64,000 bases of DNA from Penicillus capitatus (lineage: Eukaryota > Plantae > Chlorophyta): assembly GCA_965649825.1 (NCBI GenBank), contig OZ287694.1, forward strand, positions 1,053,197 through 1,117,196, given 5' to 3'. The notes below the pieces were generated by a model that did not search any database, had not been told where the DNA came from, and worked only from the letters and a program-made list of their open reading frames with translations. Every line of letters starts with the position of its first letter. Position 1 is the first letter of the stretch. The translations under genes and the position numbers were made by a program. Below, piece by piece: positions 36,894 to 51,543 of the stretch.

Positions 36894-39883
36894 TTATACG
36901 TCTCTGTTTTGCCTCCTGCTCCTCTCTGCCAACTTATTTGCAATACGAAAGATTCTGCTATGGAACTCCTTCATCGTGGGACGCTCGTTGGGATCCTCTT
37001 TCCAGGCGTCTTTAATGAGAGAGACCACTTCGGAGTATTCGGGAATGGATGCCTCATTTGGGGGAGGAATGGCCAATCGATCGCCGTTCGGGACATCCAT
37101 GATCACACGATATGGCACGACTCCTTCCCATGGCACGTCTAATGTCAAAATCTCCCAGAGAACGACGGCAGCTGAAAACACATCGGCCTGTGTCGAGTAA
37201 TCGCCATTTTTCAGAACCTCGGGTGAGGCCCAGGCACAGGAGTTGGCTGTCTTGTCGCTCCTCGGAATCGTGGTCCCCCGAGGGACGTGTCGAGAGCGTT
37301 CAAAGTCACAGATCTTGGCCACCCAGAAATTCCCTTGGCCACTGCAAGAGAGCACCACATTGTAACTCGTCAGATCTCGGTGGACAATGTCCCGACTTTG
37401 CAAGAATTCCATGCCGGCAGCAATATCACACCCCAGTTTGATTCTGAGTCTCCAGTCTTTGAGGAAGATATACGGACAGGATTTGGCATACCGCTCCATG
37501 TCCATACCCCTGGACTCGAACGCTTGTAGGCGACGAGCATCACGGATGATACCAAACAGGCTTCCAATCGAACAGAGCTCCATGATTAAACCGACCTTCT
37601 CATTCTCACCGTTGACCCCAATACATTGTCCAAAGAACTGTACAATGTTTGGATGACATGCCAATAGACGGTGCATCTCGCATTCGTGTACTAGACGTTC
37701 CTGCGAGTCTGGACGTTGTGGACAATTCATGATCTTCACAGCAACAGGGACGTTACGGTAGGACATCTTGAAGACCTGTCCAGTACTGCCGCTTCCCAGT
37801 TTTTGAGCTCCTGTCAACTCGTTTTTACTAACAGTGTAAAAATGCTCTGCTCCAGGGCAGGTGCTATTGTTTGGGGTGAGTTCATGGGTATACTGGTCGG
37901 ATAGATTCAATAGAGGATGATTCGGTAGCCCCCCTTTGTGACTTCCGCTTTCACTGCTCAGTGGATTCGAAAATCCCCGTGGCAGTTCGTTGGATTCTTC
38001 AGCTGACCAGATAATACCACCGGGCAACGGAACGCCGCTCTTCATTTGGGCATCCCGAAAAGGATTTGGCATAGTTAGACTCGAGCCTTCAGAGACGACG
38101 CCAGATGATCCCTGTTGCTCTTCTGCAGATCCGACACCGATGCAGCTGCTCTTCGCTGAGTCTTCAGAAAAGATATGCGGGCCACAGAGGCTCCCAGACG
38201 GCTCTCTGTCCTGAAGAGAACCAAATTCGCTGCTCGATGAGATTGACACCTGATGCACAACGACATGGCGCCCGGCAATGTCATTGCTTTGCAGTTCGGT
38301 TTGATACTGTAGAACATTGTTGAGCAACCGATTCGTTAGTTTTTCAAACATATCATACTGGGACGTGTCCTACATAAACAGCCACCCCAGCCCCAATAAT
38401 CTCCTGCATCATAACAGTTGACGCACTTCCGAGTTTACACACAGACGACTTCTGTCGTATCTTGACAGAAGCAGCATCATTTTGAATCCATCGTTTTTAC
38501 GTCTCTTAACTTGGTCCAGATCAAATGGTCTATAAGGTTGCGTCAAACGTATCATTCTCACAACGCTTATGTGAATGAGTTCCATAAAAGCGGAACGTAA
38601 AGGCTGCAATGGATCCGCATCTTCAAACGTCTTGAATGAACGGCTCTTGCATATCTGTTTGGCCACGTTGTCCGAAAAAGAACGCAGTGCCTTGAGGCAT
38701 GGCAGAATCCATGCCTGATCTTCGACTTCTTTGTTTGTCAAGAGACTAGGCGGATCGTACAGTACTGTCCGCATCTGTTCAAGAACCTCCAGATCTAGAA
38801 ACAGCACTTTCAGTTCAGCTTCTCCATCAGAGGTCTACACGACGCACTCTCTGTTGTGCTCTGGACATTCTTGAGAGAGTGTACAGCAGAAGTCAGAGTA
38901 TCGATGAGATAGGTATAGAGAGTGCATTTGAGTGATGGATGGCAGGATGCCACACGATGTGTCACTTCTTTCACGCTTTCCCAGCACTTCTGCAGCATAT
39001 CTGCTCGGTGTCCCCTCTCTGCCGTGCTCATGTCTGCCCTCTCTGCACTGATTCCGTCAAGGGTCGTTGCTTGAATACAACAAACGCGACGATTCACAGC
39101 ATCGAATGTCGCGATGAGTTGTGTTTCTTTCTTATCGTTGATCGAATCTTGAGCAAGCACTTTGACAGGACCCACTCCTTCGCCACACATGACGCATTCG
39201 AATTCCACAATCTCGCGCAAAATGGTGGCGAGTTTCAAGGCCAGCCGAAAACCGGGATCGACAATTCGATAGTGATCCTTCTCTTGACGAAACCAGTTGT
39301 CGATCAACTCAGTCAATAGCAACGTCGACGCTGCGACCTCGTCATACAAATCCTGCAGTATTCTGAGCAATAGGAGGAGAGCATGATCTTTTTGATCACA
39401 GAGTGAGCCGCCACTCGAAGCACTAGACCAGCTTGAGTTGCTTCGGCATTCGTGGCAGTTCTCACGCATCTCACTGACGATCTTGCGCATGACAGACAGA
39501 GCATTCTCCACAGCAACCGTCAAAGATCTGCTCCATCTCTCCTTCGGTGTCTCTTTGCGCATCGTGACCACCTTGTTATGCGATTCCTCTCCCATTCGGA
39601 CTAAATCGGTGATATGTGGTGGGACTTCCAGCCTATCCATATTCTGCAGCTCACGATTCTGTCTTAGGACCTCTTCGAGTGTCAATTTTACTCTCTGGTC
39701 CCATTGACTACCCTCATCTCCATCTTCATACTCCACTACAACATCGGCATCTTCACTCTCCAGTTCTGCCCATGCAGATGCTGGCGTTTCATCCATGGAG
39801 TCATGAAACGGTTCGGTTCTCTCGGTGGCTGTGTCGTCCATGCTGCAGAGCAATGGGTCGGTCATTTCATTCGCACCTTCCAT
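36894..39883 (-). CDS. Raf-like / tyrosine-kinase-like protein kinase with long N-terminal region, multi-exon
   Basis: LGSGSTGQV, VAVKIM, IVHRDLTSYNV, KICDFERSR, WASPE, DVFSAAVVLWEILT, RPTM. Upstream ORFs 38409-38807 and 38810-39898 lie in tandem with short gaps consistent with introns. Confidence 0.85.
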
Positions 39884-40453
39884 CTCACTGGGTGGCACGC
39901 CTAAATCCAGTACTTGAAAGACTGTGCCGAGCTCCTGTCAGATCAGAATGTGTGAGATGTCGATAACCTCAGAAAAAAGAACTTTAAAAACGCGTTGAGC
40001 GTTTCTATGCCTTCTCGTCTGGTCGGAGCGACCATGTCTTCCACTTGAGTCTCTGCGAGACCCTGAACTTCCGGAATTCTGGGTACATACACGATGAACA
40101 TGCGACGAAAATGTCACACGTGTGACATGTTTACCTGCATAATTCTGTAAGAACGTCGTGGGACAGTTGCTTCGCGAGCTCGCAGTTTCTCTATAAAACG
40201 TATGGGTCAGCCAGTCCAGAAGTGTGTCCGCGGGCGCGGCCAGTGAGTCTCACTTTTCGTCGACCCGCGTTTTCGTGACTCTGTTCGACTTAGACACTCA
40301 TTTGTCAGACGATCATAGTCTATATCGTCAAACTCAATGACTTCCTCGTTACTTTCGCTGTGGCACGATGCCATTGTATGTATTTTCAGACAGCAGGTGT
40401 GCTTCTGTTTGGTAGATGGTGAGAATCGGCTGTCGTGTCAAGTGCATTCTCGA

Positions 40454-42647
40454 ATGACGATGTTGCGTGCCGCGGCTCGACGACAAGGGCGATGTGTCAT
40501 TGGATGTCTCCAGTCCTGGTGGCAGGCGAGATACCAAGCATCACAGAGTGAACGGGAAGCCGTGCATTACGATGTCTGTATCGTCGGTGCTGGTCCTGCT
40601 GGTCTCTCAGCTGCGATTCGAACCAAGCAGGTCTGCCATTTCCAAGACAGGCCACAGAACGACATGCTGTCACTCAGATAGCTCAGGAAAAAGAGAGAGA
40701 TGTCAACGTGTGTGTTCTGGACAAGGGAGCTGAAATCGGTAACAGATGACAGCCGAGAAAAGGCAGACATCCATCCATACTGCACTAGGGGCACATGTTT
40801 TGTCTGGATGTGTGATGGATCCTCGTGCCTTGAACGAATTGATGCCTGACTGGAAAAGTGAAGTTGAGGGGAAGCCATGGATTACGGCAGCAACGAAGGA
40901 TCGGCTATGTTTCCTAACCGAACAGTACAATGTACGATTGCCTGTGATGCCCCAGCTCAGCAACAAGGGATGCTATGTGCTCAGTCTCAGGTGCGGCTCG
41001 AAATCTGGCATTGATGAAAGGGAAAGGGGAATGCTTGGTTTCAGTGCGCTGTGTCGATGGATGGCATCCAAGGCTGAGGAACTGGGAGTGGATATCTTTC
41101 CTGGCTTTGCAGCTGCTCATGTGCTGCACAACAGCGACGGATCCGTCGGCGGCGTTCAGATTCGGGACAGAGGTGACAGCATCGAAACCTCTTCTCAGAA
41201 ACAGACTGTTTGGAAGGAGTGGATAAGGAGGGGAGACCCAAGTCCAATTTTGAGCCAGGCATTGAAGTCAAAGCAAAAGTGACCCTCTTGGCAGAAGGAT
41301 GCCGAGGATCTGTTTCCCAAGTAATCTACAGATGGTCCTTTCCGTTTGATCCATCGACGGGACAAGTGCCGCAGGATGTCATGAAACAGTATCGACTGAG
41401 AGAAGATGCGGAGCATCAAACGTACGGTTTGGGAATTAAAGAAGTGTGGGAAGTGTGACTATCTCCTGTCCTGGTAGGATTTCTGTGATCTCTTTGCGTT
41501 TCAGGTACCGGCGTCGCAGCACTCGGAAGGAACTGTGCTGCATACGATTGGCTATCCCCTGTCTGCTTCGTGCTACGGCGGCGGATTCTTGTATCACATG
41601 CCTGAGAACAAGGTTGCCGTTGGATTGGTGGTGGGACTGGACTATGCAGATCCGCATCTCTCCATCTTTCATGAGTTCCAGAAACTGAAGAAACACAAAA
41701 TCGTCAGCAGTGTGTTGAAAGGAGGCACATGTCTACAGTACGGTGCGAGAACGCTGAACGAAGGTTTGGCTCAACAGGTGCCTGCTTCAAAAGACGACGG
41801 GTGATTGTGCTCAGGTGGCATTCAGTGCATTCCTCAACTGCATTTCCCAGGAGGCGCTCTCATTGGCTGCAGTGCTGGTTTCATGAACAGCCTGAGATTG
41901 AAAGGCACACATGGGGCCATGAAATCAGGAATGTTGGCAGCTCAGGCACTGATGACGGAACTCGGACAGGAATCGACGACGGTGAACATGTCTCCTGTGC
42001 CTGATCCATTTTCATCAAGGTGTTCTCAAGGGAATGGTGGTGTCCATGGCGGATTATCCAAGGCTTTTTCGCAACAGCTGGCTCTATGATGAGCTCACCT
42101 CCGTCCGCAACGTCCGGCCACTATTTCGTCACGGACTCTACGTCGGACTCTGTTCAGCCTTTCTCCACGGGACACTTCTGCGTGGACAGGAGCCATGGAC
42201 TTTTAAATTCAGGTCCGTTTCAGGCCAAAACAGTTATCGTCTAGAACTCTCTGCACTAGCAGACAAGAAGATCATGAGCATTTGAGGCCTGCTAAAAACA
42301 TGCAGCCGATTCTGTATGAGAAGCCGGATAAGGAGTTGACGTTTGATGTGACAGCTTCTCTCTTTAACAGCGGGACCAACCATGATCATGATCAGCCAGT
42401 TCATCTCCGATTGCACAATCCTCATGTTGTCGATCTCATGAACCGTGCAGTTTTTGACAAACCAGAGACGCGATACTGTCCAGCATCTGTCTATGAATAT
42501 GTCGAAGATGAGGAAGGGAATGAGAAGCTGCAGATCAATTCACAGAACTGTCTACACTGTAAAGCGTGTGACATCAAGGATCCGATGAACAACATCCAGT
42601 GGACAGTGCCCGAAGGCGGAGGCGGTCCTAACTACACTCTCATGTGA
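40454..42647 (+). CDS. ETFDH: Electron transfer flavoprotein-ubiquinone oxidoreductase, mitochondrial, multi-exon
   Basis: [81 protein letters not shown]. Confidence 0.97.
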
Positions 42648-43044
42648 TCTCCATGCAACAATGAAGAGCTTAGTCATGTCTGGCACCCAGCTCTGCGCTC
42701 AGAAATATGATGGAGACGGTTTCAGTAGACAAAGAAGGTCCCCAACCACCTACAGGCAGTGTCGCGGGAGCTATGATTGAGGTCTTTGGGGCAAATGTCG
42801 TCCATTTCTCTATCGAACAGTTTTCTCTGCCTCGTCTGACGTACGGCACCCTTTTGAAGCTAGAGCCTCGAGGTATTTCTAACATACATTGTGGATAAAG
42901 TGGACTATCTCTCTGGAAGAAGATTGAGGAAGATATCGAGATATGTCTATCTGGACCATGCGACAATGAGTGAGATCGAGCATTGACAAATGGCTATTGT
43001 GTTTACATCATCCAATCGAACAAACGAGATGATTGTTGTCTTAA

Positions 43045-44616
43045 TCAACGACTTCCTTCCTCTGATGGTCCACCTTTCTCAGCATCACCTCCGCGATTCT
43101 TCTGATACGACGACGGGCCACCTGTCTCAGCAGCAGCTCCTCGATTCTTCTGATACGACGACCGTCCAGTTGTCTTAGCAGCACCTTGATTTCCTTGCCT
43201 AAGGGGTGGTCCCCACTTCTTAGCTCCACCTCCTCGATCTCTTTGCTTAGATGGCCCTCCTCCTGTTTTGGAGGCATCTCTTCGATCTGTGCGCCTAAAT
43301 GGTCCGCCGTTCTTGGCAGCAACGCCTCGTTCTCTTCGCTCAGATGGTCTGCTTGTCTTGGCTGCATTTTTTCCATTTACTCGATTGGATGATCTCTCTT
43401 TCTTCGCATCGTCTTCTTTGTTTGAAGAGTGACTCTTGCCTTCCATCTCTTCAAACATATTCATCATTTCGAGTCCAGGTTCTGACCAAACGTCTAAAAA
43501 CAAACAAGGATCATCATACGACCAGATTGTTGTTGGCCGCCACCCTCTGCTCCGTCCTCCAAGTTGAAAACCATATCTGCCGAATCACTACCATCATCAT
43601 CCGTTTCCCCTGCCGATGAGGCCACAAATAAATGACTCCATGATTCCGATGACTCTTGTTCCGCTGCATCAGATCCTGTTCGAGGCATTCCCAGGGGCAG
43701 AGGATGAACAAACCTGATACTGTCGTGTCCTCATCGTTCTCTCCGAATTGCTGTTCTTCCTCAGTCAATTCCACTTCCTCCTCTCCCTCTTTTGCCAAGT
43801 CTTCGTAGTCCTCATTATTCTTCAATAGACTCTTCTTAATCTTTGTCAAGTATTCTGTTTCGTCCACGTCTGGCACTGCTGGAAGAGACTCTCCTGTCAC
43901 TTCATAGTACTCAGGAGCCTTGACATTTGGCATGTACCTAAAGATCAGCAACACGAGCATTACTATAGCACTCTACCCATCCACCCTGCCTGTCACATCA
44001 TACCGTTCATACGGCATCGCCCTTGATCCCCATTTGAAGATCTTTCCCTCTTCTAACAGTGGCTTAATCATCGCCGTTTTGACCTTTTACCATCACAGGA
44101 ATCTATTGATGTGACAGGGAAGAGCCATCCATCACTTCACCGTTGAAGGCCGTGTGCCAATCCTTGCTGCAATTTCTTGACGCGACAGAGATTCTGGATA
44201 CGCTTCGAGGAGCCATTTGAACACGATATCCTGGAATGCCTGTTTGTTTTCTGCGGCAATGCACATGCAAGAACGGATGCATGTTGTTGTTTATGGGGGA
44301 GCAAAATCGCTACGTCTCATGGGCTTCGACAGTGGTCGTGTTTGAACCTTCTCTTTCCTCTGTCTAAATCTCATCAGGACATTGGGAATCTCATCCCGTT
44401 TCCTCAGTTTTTTGGGAAACTTGGGTTTCGGACCTGCACAGGAGACCGCGTTTTCAGCACAAGGGTCTATCCAGATCGGCGCATTCCCACCAAAACGGCT
44501 GCGAAAACCTTCAAAGGGAAGAAAGGCAGTAGTTGGATGCCGTTGGTGCGGCACAGAGATCGCAGCCGCCGTCGATCGCAGCTGTTTCTAAGAAGCGCCG
44601 CAGTTCTCAGCGCCAT
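43045..44616 (-). CDS. Hypothetical organelle-targeted protein with winged-helix-like segment, acidic linker and G/R/K-rich repeats, multi-exon
   Basis: Exons assembled by eye: MALRTAALLRNSCDRRRLRS..., FQDIVFKWLLEAYPESLSRQEIAARIGTRPST|VKTAMIKPLLEEGKIFKWG, E/D-rich 43514-43960, repeats such as SSYQKNRG in 43045-43200. Confidence 0.5.
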
Positions 44617-45292
44617 GAGGAATTTTTAAAAGAATCTCCACCGTCGCGTTGGTCACAGTGCGTCCAGTGAGCATTGTTCTAACGACGTTGTTCGCCGAAA
44701 GCGTTTATTTTTAGGGCCGAGGAACTTGAAGATCGTGATATGCACAAAACACAACGATAACTATCGACAACAACAACAACACATAAAGCCAAACAGACTC
44801 TTGTCGGACCTGTCACATCAGTTTTCATGAGAATGAAGTTGTCTCCGGTGATGGGCGAGATTTGCAAGAAAGGAATTGAGGGAGACCTGAATTAAAAAAA
44901 GAGTGATAGGAATGTGTGACAGTCACTCAGTCCATCCGTCATTTAGATAAGAAAAGTCCATCGTACATTTATTCCGCATGCGTAGGGCAGGCATTCCTTC
45001 CGATCGTTCCTGACCTGAAGACAAGGATTGGAGAAATGTTGATAGAGGTAAACAGGAACAGATCAATAGCAACAACAACAACATCAAGGACAATGACAGT
45101 GACAAGTTAAAGACAACAAACAAACAAACAAACAACGAAATAAATAACAACCAAAACAGAAATGTCCCTGTCTTTGGTAAGGGGAGAAAGAATGTCATGT
45201 CATCCGGATGTCGACAACCATGACGAGAGCGATATTCGCCGTTCGCTCGCTCATGGGGCCTGTCTTAGGGCTCAAAAGGAAAGCAGCCATGC

Positions 45293-48200
45293 TCATTCCT
45301 GCAATCGCCTGGAGGAATTCTTCCAGGCGTCAATCTTTGCTCGCAATCTGTGGTTGTGGCGAAGCGTAGTGCTGCTGAATTTGAGATTGCTGACCGGAGA
45401 GGTGTCCTTTTCCTTCATCCATTCAGAAATTGCAGTCAGCTCGTAGGTATGGCCATCAGATGCAACGACTGGGGTTTTCATGATTTGCTAAACGCACACA
45501 GCAGAACGATCATGTCCATGACTCTCTTCGTGAGATGGACGCATACTTTGGTGATGGGACATTTGAAGGCTTCAATATTATACACGACTCCGCTATCCTC
45601 TTCTGGATCGTCATGCCTAGACTGCCCCTCATGCTACCATAGCAATAGACTTTAAAAAAGAGTGAGAAAAGTGTGAATGTATGGCACCTGGTTCGGGCCG
45701 ATCCGATTGAGCAGAAGGATGACCAGGCGTTCTCGCTCACGTTTGTCGTATCCCTCTCCAATAGCATCCCCAATCACCTCATTACACTGAAATCCTGTCA
45801 CATCAATAATCTCACTCTTATGGAAAAGTGAGAGAGAAGAGTGATGACTGACCTTTCTTGTTCTTTGAATCCAAACTTATCGCTGGAGACTCTAGAAGAC
45901 TCTCGACAGCCTCTATCTGGCCATACATGCAAGCAATGTGTAATGCCGAATTTCCTGCAGCGATACAGCAGAGATGAAGACAGGCAGACAGCACTCTCTA
46001 CCTTCACTGTCTTGTGCATCGAGGGAGACTTCATGATGCATGAGACGATGCACGACCTTGCTAAAGCCATTCTTTGCAGCTAAGAACAATGGTGTTTGTT
46101 TCTTTGCATTCCTGGCGTTGGGATCACAGCGACTGCACAACAACAAGTGCACCTAGATAGCAAAGAGTGGCTGGTGTAAAGATGGTATGACATGGGCTGT
46201 GGAGAAACGACCGTTTCAACTCCTCCGATCTCGGCAGCTGCATGCAGAGGTGTGTTACCATCTGCAGCAGCACAGGAGGGATAGGCTTGATTTCTTAACA
46301 ACAAGGAAGCAGCTTCATAGCTATTGGAGGCAGCTGCCATATGGAGGGGGGTCTTGCCATGCTTATCATTTGCATGTACATCTGCTCGATATGCCAACAA
46401 AAGAGATACAGCCATAGAAAAACCGTTGTGGCAGGCGTAATGCAAAGGCATTTGACCTGCTTCATCTTTCGCTTTTACATCCGCTCCTAAACACACAAGC
46501 GCTCTCATACGTATACCCACAGAGTCATGCATTCCTTCGTACCATTACTTAACAAGAACTCCACCATTTGTGGAGAACTGCCAAGTACAGCATAATGCAA
46601 GGCAGATATTGATCCAGGACAGCTGGCAAGATTAATACGGGCTTGTCGCAGAACAAGGAAATGGACTGTGGTAGTGTGACCATTTCGCACGGCATAGAGT
46701 AACGGTGTCAGTCCTTCATCTCCAAAGACGTTCATATCTGCACCATCATCCAACAGGTTCTTCACCTGTGTCGTATCTCCACGTGCAGCCGCTTCTACAA
46801 GCATCTGCACAACACGATCCATCATAAGCAGAATGATGATGTGACGTCTGGAGTGTGAGATACATACGTAGGATGTTTCGGTGGGCGGACGTTCAATGAT
46901 TTCGCGGATGCGTTGCGTTCGTCCTCCATCAGCTGTGACCCATTCACAGATCACATCCGATGGCGTCATATCCATGTTTGTCTTGCGATCTGGATCTGCA
47001 CCCGAACGTAACAGCAAACGCACCATTTCTAGATCACCTCTGCAACAGAGACACATATATGGACACTGTTATGGAAAGTGAGATGCAGACCGTGCACAGG
47101 CAACATGGAGGGCTGTCCAGTTTTCAACCGTTTGTATGTTAACGTCGAATGGTACCGTTGAATTCAGAATCATCTGTGCAATACTCTTATTTCCATGAAT
47201 CGATGCCAAGTAGAGCGGTGTTATTCCATCTGCTTTGGCAATGCCTGGATTGGCTTCCCAATCGATCAATTCCTTTACAGCTCCGGCCCATTGCTTCTCG
47301 ACTGCTAAGTGCAATGCTGTGGAACCATCGCTGATTCTCTTTCGGTCGATGACAGATCTGTCCGTGGCCAGCAGGAGAGCGACCACGTGCATGTAGCCGT
47401 TTCTGGCCGCTGTATGGAGCGGCAGTTCGCCGTTCTTCGTCGTGGCATTTGTTCTGGCACCACAATCGATCAGGACCTGGGCAACATGCACTTGTCCAAA
47501 GGCACAGGCTCCATGCAGAGCTGTTGCGTTGGAATTGATTGTTTCGTTCACTCGTGCTCCGTGCTGCAGCAGTTTCCTGGCAACTTCTACATATCCGTGG
47601 CGAGATGCGGCATAGAGTGGAGTCCATCCATGCTCTTCCACGCGGACATTCGGATCTACTCCTGATTCTAAGAGCCGATTCACGAGACCAGCATTTCCGC
47701 TATTAGCAGCAACAAAGAGATTGGGGCGTCCCTTTGCATCTACGTCGATAGATCCTTGCCGTCTGGAAGGAATATTTGTGGCGTCTGTCTGGGATCCAGA
47801 ATCTTGGCTTCCAGTACGCTTCGCTTTAGGGAGTCTCTTAAAGACACTGGAGTGTTTTCCGTCCACTGGGTTGTGATAATGATGATGATGATGATGCACC
47901 TCACTATCAACGCTTCCCACATGATCACGTGCAGATGAAGGGCCTTGGGACATTTTGTGACGTTCGGCGGACGGAGACGCGTTCAATTTGGTCACTGTGG
48001 ATGATTTGTTCATCGATAGGGATACTTGAGGGATAGACATGCTGCCACTTCTTGACAGGCGCTTGCTCTCTGATCTCACCACAGACGCTCGTTTCGGACT
48101 CTCTGTCACCGAATGGCGATAATCTCCGCGGACAGATCCTGGATGACGCTGAAGTCGACTCCAGTTAAAGGATGTCTGTCGTGGCGTACGAGCCGTCTGC

Positions 48201-50618
48201 GGTTTCTTCTTGTATTCCTGTGCCGTGTGGATTCTGGCAGCATCTTGACTTGGATGCGACATGAATTCTTTAATGTCATACAAACGAAAACCTTCGGCAG
48301 CACGCCGAGCAGTAATCTGATCTATAATCGAAGGTCGTGGTCTGGCAGTGTCGGATGATGCAGTATCTGGCGGCAGTGATTCTCGATAATCGCCTAACGG
48401 AGATGAAGGTTCCTGGACACTGCTCATTTCTTCTTCTTCTTCATTTCCAGGATCCTCACCCGTTTCGGGCTCTATTTCAATGCATTGTAGTTTCATTGGA
48501 GATGCACTCTTGGGCTCCACTGTTTCTTCGAAGTGCCGTGGAGAAACTGTTTTTCGTTCTCTCGGAGAAACATTGCGCGGCGAAGCGGTCTTCACACTCT
48601 TCTTCTCTTGGATCTTCTTTTTCTTGTAGCGGCTGAAAGTCGATTCGATCAGGCCTCTCTCTACGACGCTCAGAGATTTCTTTGAGCCGATGACATCCTC
48701 CGGTCGTTGATGAGACATATTCGTCGCCTGAACATATGCTCCTGCTGTCAACAGCGTCTCAATGACGGCCAGATGACCCATGCTAGATGCAATATGCAGT
48801 GGCATGTTGCCTTCCTCTGTGCATGGATGATCGACTTTGGCTCCTCTCTTTAGCAAAAACCGAACCATGTAGACTTGTCCACGTTCGGCACTGGTATAGA
48901 GTGGTGTTCCAATGTCGAACTGACAGGCCTGTATATCAGCTCCAGCGTTTAATAGGAGACGGGCCAAGGGAATGTCTCCACGTGCCGCAGCAAAATGCAG
49001 GGCGGTATGCCCTTTCTTTCTCTTTCGATGCACATCGGCACTGTGTCTCAAGAGATAGTCTGCCACATCAACGTGACCGGATTTGGCAGCCAGATGCAGC
49101 GGCGTCTCTCCTGCTAGATTGTGAACATCCACTTCAACACCGTTCTTCACCAAGTATTGCACCACATTCATTTTGCCCTTGAGTGTTGCCTCGTGCAGGG
49201 CATTCATGGATCGCTCCCCACACATCAAAGGATCTGCTCCAAACTGCACGAGCAGCTGGACAATGGAGAGATGACCAAAGGCTGCAGCTATGTTTAGCAG
49301 AGGCTTTGGTTCTTTACTGACAATGCGTTCCAATCCCAGATGCTGAACGAGGAGTTCCACAATCTGAGGATCGAGTTTGAATGAGATGATGGTGAATGAA
49401 GAGTGAGAGAGAACCTTGGTGAATCCTCTCTGTGTGGCAACAAGCAATGGTGAAGGCTTCGATGTGCTTGTCTCGTAGACAGCTGCGTTTCTCTTAACTA
49501 AGATTTCGACAGTTTCGATGTGGCCTCCGTTGGTTGCCATTAGCAATGGTGTAGAGCCACTATCCGTCTGGACAGCAGAGAAGTTTGATGGACAGTTGTT
49601 TGATGTGACATCTCCATACCTTGGCGTTTTTATTGGCGCCATGGTCGAGCAATTCGCTCAAAACAGCGGCATGTCCTCCCAAGGCAGCGACATGAGCAGC
49701 AGTTCTCAGATTGGAACCCACGGCTTCGGGCTCTGCTCCCCTTTTTAAGAGCATCTGGACGAGTGGTAGAATTCCGCCATTGCATGCCAGCATCAATGGA
49801 GTGAAGTTGTCTGCTTGTCGTGCATCCAAACAGGCACCGCCCATATCTAACAGCACACACCCTATTCAACAAAACACCGTCCCGTTTCAAAAGACCCATA
49901 ACCAATAAGCATTTCTGCCGCCTCGACGTTTCCGTTCATGGCAGCAACGTGCAATGGAGTTGAGCAAGTGCCTGTTGTGATGCACTCGATATCTGTACCG
50001 TACTGCAGCAGCACTTTAATGGCATCAGGATTGCCGGATTGACAGGCAGCATGGAGGGGCGTCCAGCCTCGATGATTTTGCTGGTCAATGGATGCACCAG
50101 CTTGACAAAGTGTTTTCACAAGGTTGGCATGTCCGCCAGCAGAAGCCACGAACAATGATGTCGTTGATCCCGATGTCACTGCATCTAACTCAGCTCCGTG
50201 TCTACATTACGGTCTCACTCATCAAAAAGAGTGAGATATTATAAAGTGCTGTGACACCCACCGTATGAGCAATTCGAGGACGGGAAGGCGACCAGAGGCA
50301 GCAGCGATGTGCAGCGGCGTCGTTCCATTCATTTTTCTGAAATTGACATTTGCCCCTTTCTCAACAAGACGAGTCACGATTTCGAGGCTGCCCACTTCAC
50401 ATGCGACAAGCAGGGGACTGACACCAGTCCCATCCACAGCATTGATATCAGCACCTACATATCATGAACCATCTCCACTTCAGCATCACTCCCTCTTCTA
50501 TATCCTTTGTACCATTTTCAATCAGGGAACGGCACTTGGTGGCATCCCGTTGCCGGATCGCAAAATGAAGTTCAGAATTCTGTTTCCCTGGAGCATCGGC
50601 CTTGATTGAGCTCTCCAT
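45293..50618 (-). CDS. Large ankyrin-repeat protein with C-terminal U-box (putative E3 ubiquitin ligase), multi-exon
   Basis: More than 20 TPLH/TALH/G-A-D/N ankyrin repeats across ORFs 50448-45913 in two blocks around an S/R-rich linker; FKCPITK|QIMKTPVVASDGHTYELTAISEW...SPVSN U-box. Confidence 0.85.
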
Positions 50619-51543
50619 ACGCGGAGAGAAGCTTTTGTGAGATGTCCCTAAAAGCAGAGATTCCACAGAGATTACTCAGAAGAACAAGACTTCGTCGCGA
50701 AGAGCGTGGAAATGCCGATTCAAGGGATTCCGTGCACTAGACGTAAAAATTCCCATGGGGTGGGTGGCATTGCCGGGTAGGGGTGGGAAAAGTACGTGGG
50801 ATTTGTTATCAAAACTGTTGAAGGAGACAGGGGTGGCGTGTTCCCTAATTGATTGCGACATGGACGAGGTCGTCAGAAAGTGCGAAGGCAAACATAACAC
50901 AGACTGACTCATGGGCAGCCGTCACCGCAACCGAAGACGAACAGGCTACGAGCAAGAAGCGGCCCATTAGCCAACCAAGGGCGACTAACCGTCGGTTACG
51001 TGATTGGCGAATCGATTGGATAGCGTCCTGCCTCTGCACGAACAAACATATACGTGGTACGTACATACGCGATATGGGAAAACTTCAAACGCAGGGCAGA
51101 AGCTTACAGATGACTGTCTGAAAACGCGAGAGATATGCCGTCATCGTGGTGGAATGGGGAATGCGTTTGTCGCGTGACGTACCGTCAGAACAGGCGTCAA
51201 AGATTCAAAATGTCTTGAAGTCTTGATTCGTCGTTTGTATCACGAAAAGCAGCGTCCCGTCAGCTGTCGACTTCGTTCTCGTTGGTAGCCCGATTCCGTC
51301 ACTCGTCAAGATCTCAGGTGACTTCAAGAGAACGCGCGCGGATCGAGCAGACCTGCAAACATGATGCGACTTCGAACAGGAGGGTGACTCACCATTCGCG
51401 TTCAAGAACAGACATGTTGGTCGATGAAGGACAGAATCGTGCATCGCAGCGATCGATCGATCGATATCGAAGACATCGATCGCTATCGAACAGATCGAGG
51501 CGGTTCCTATCGCGTAACGATCGAAACGATCGAAGGCTATCGA

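Noticed and set aside
44760-45170. (CAA)n/(CAAA)n A-rich tract
   Set aside because: Ordinary low-complexity microsatellite in a probable UTR or intergenic region.
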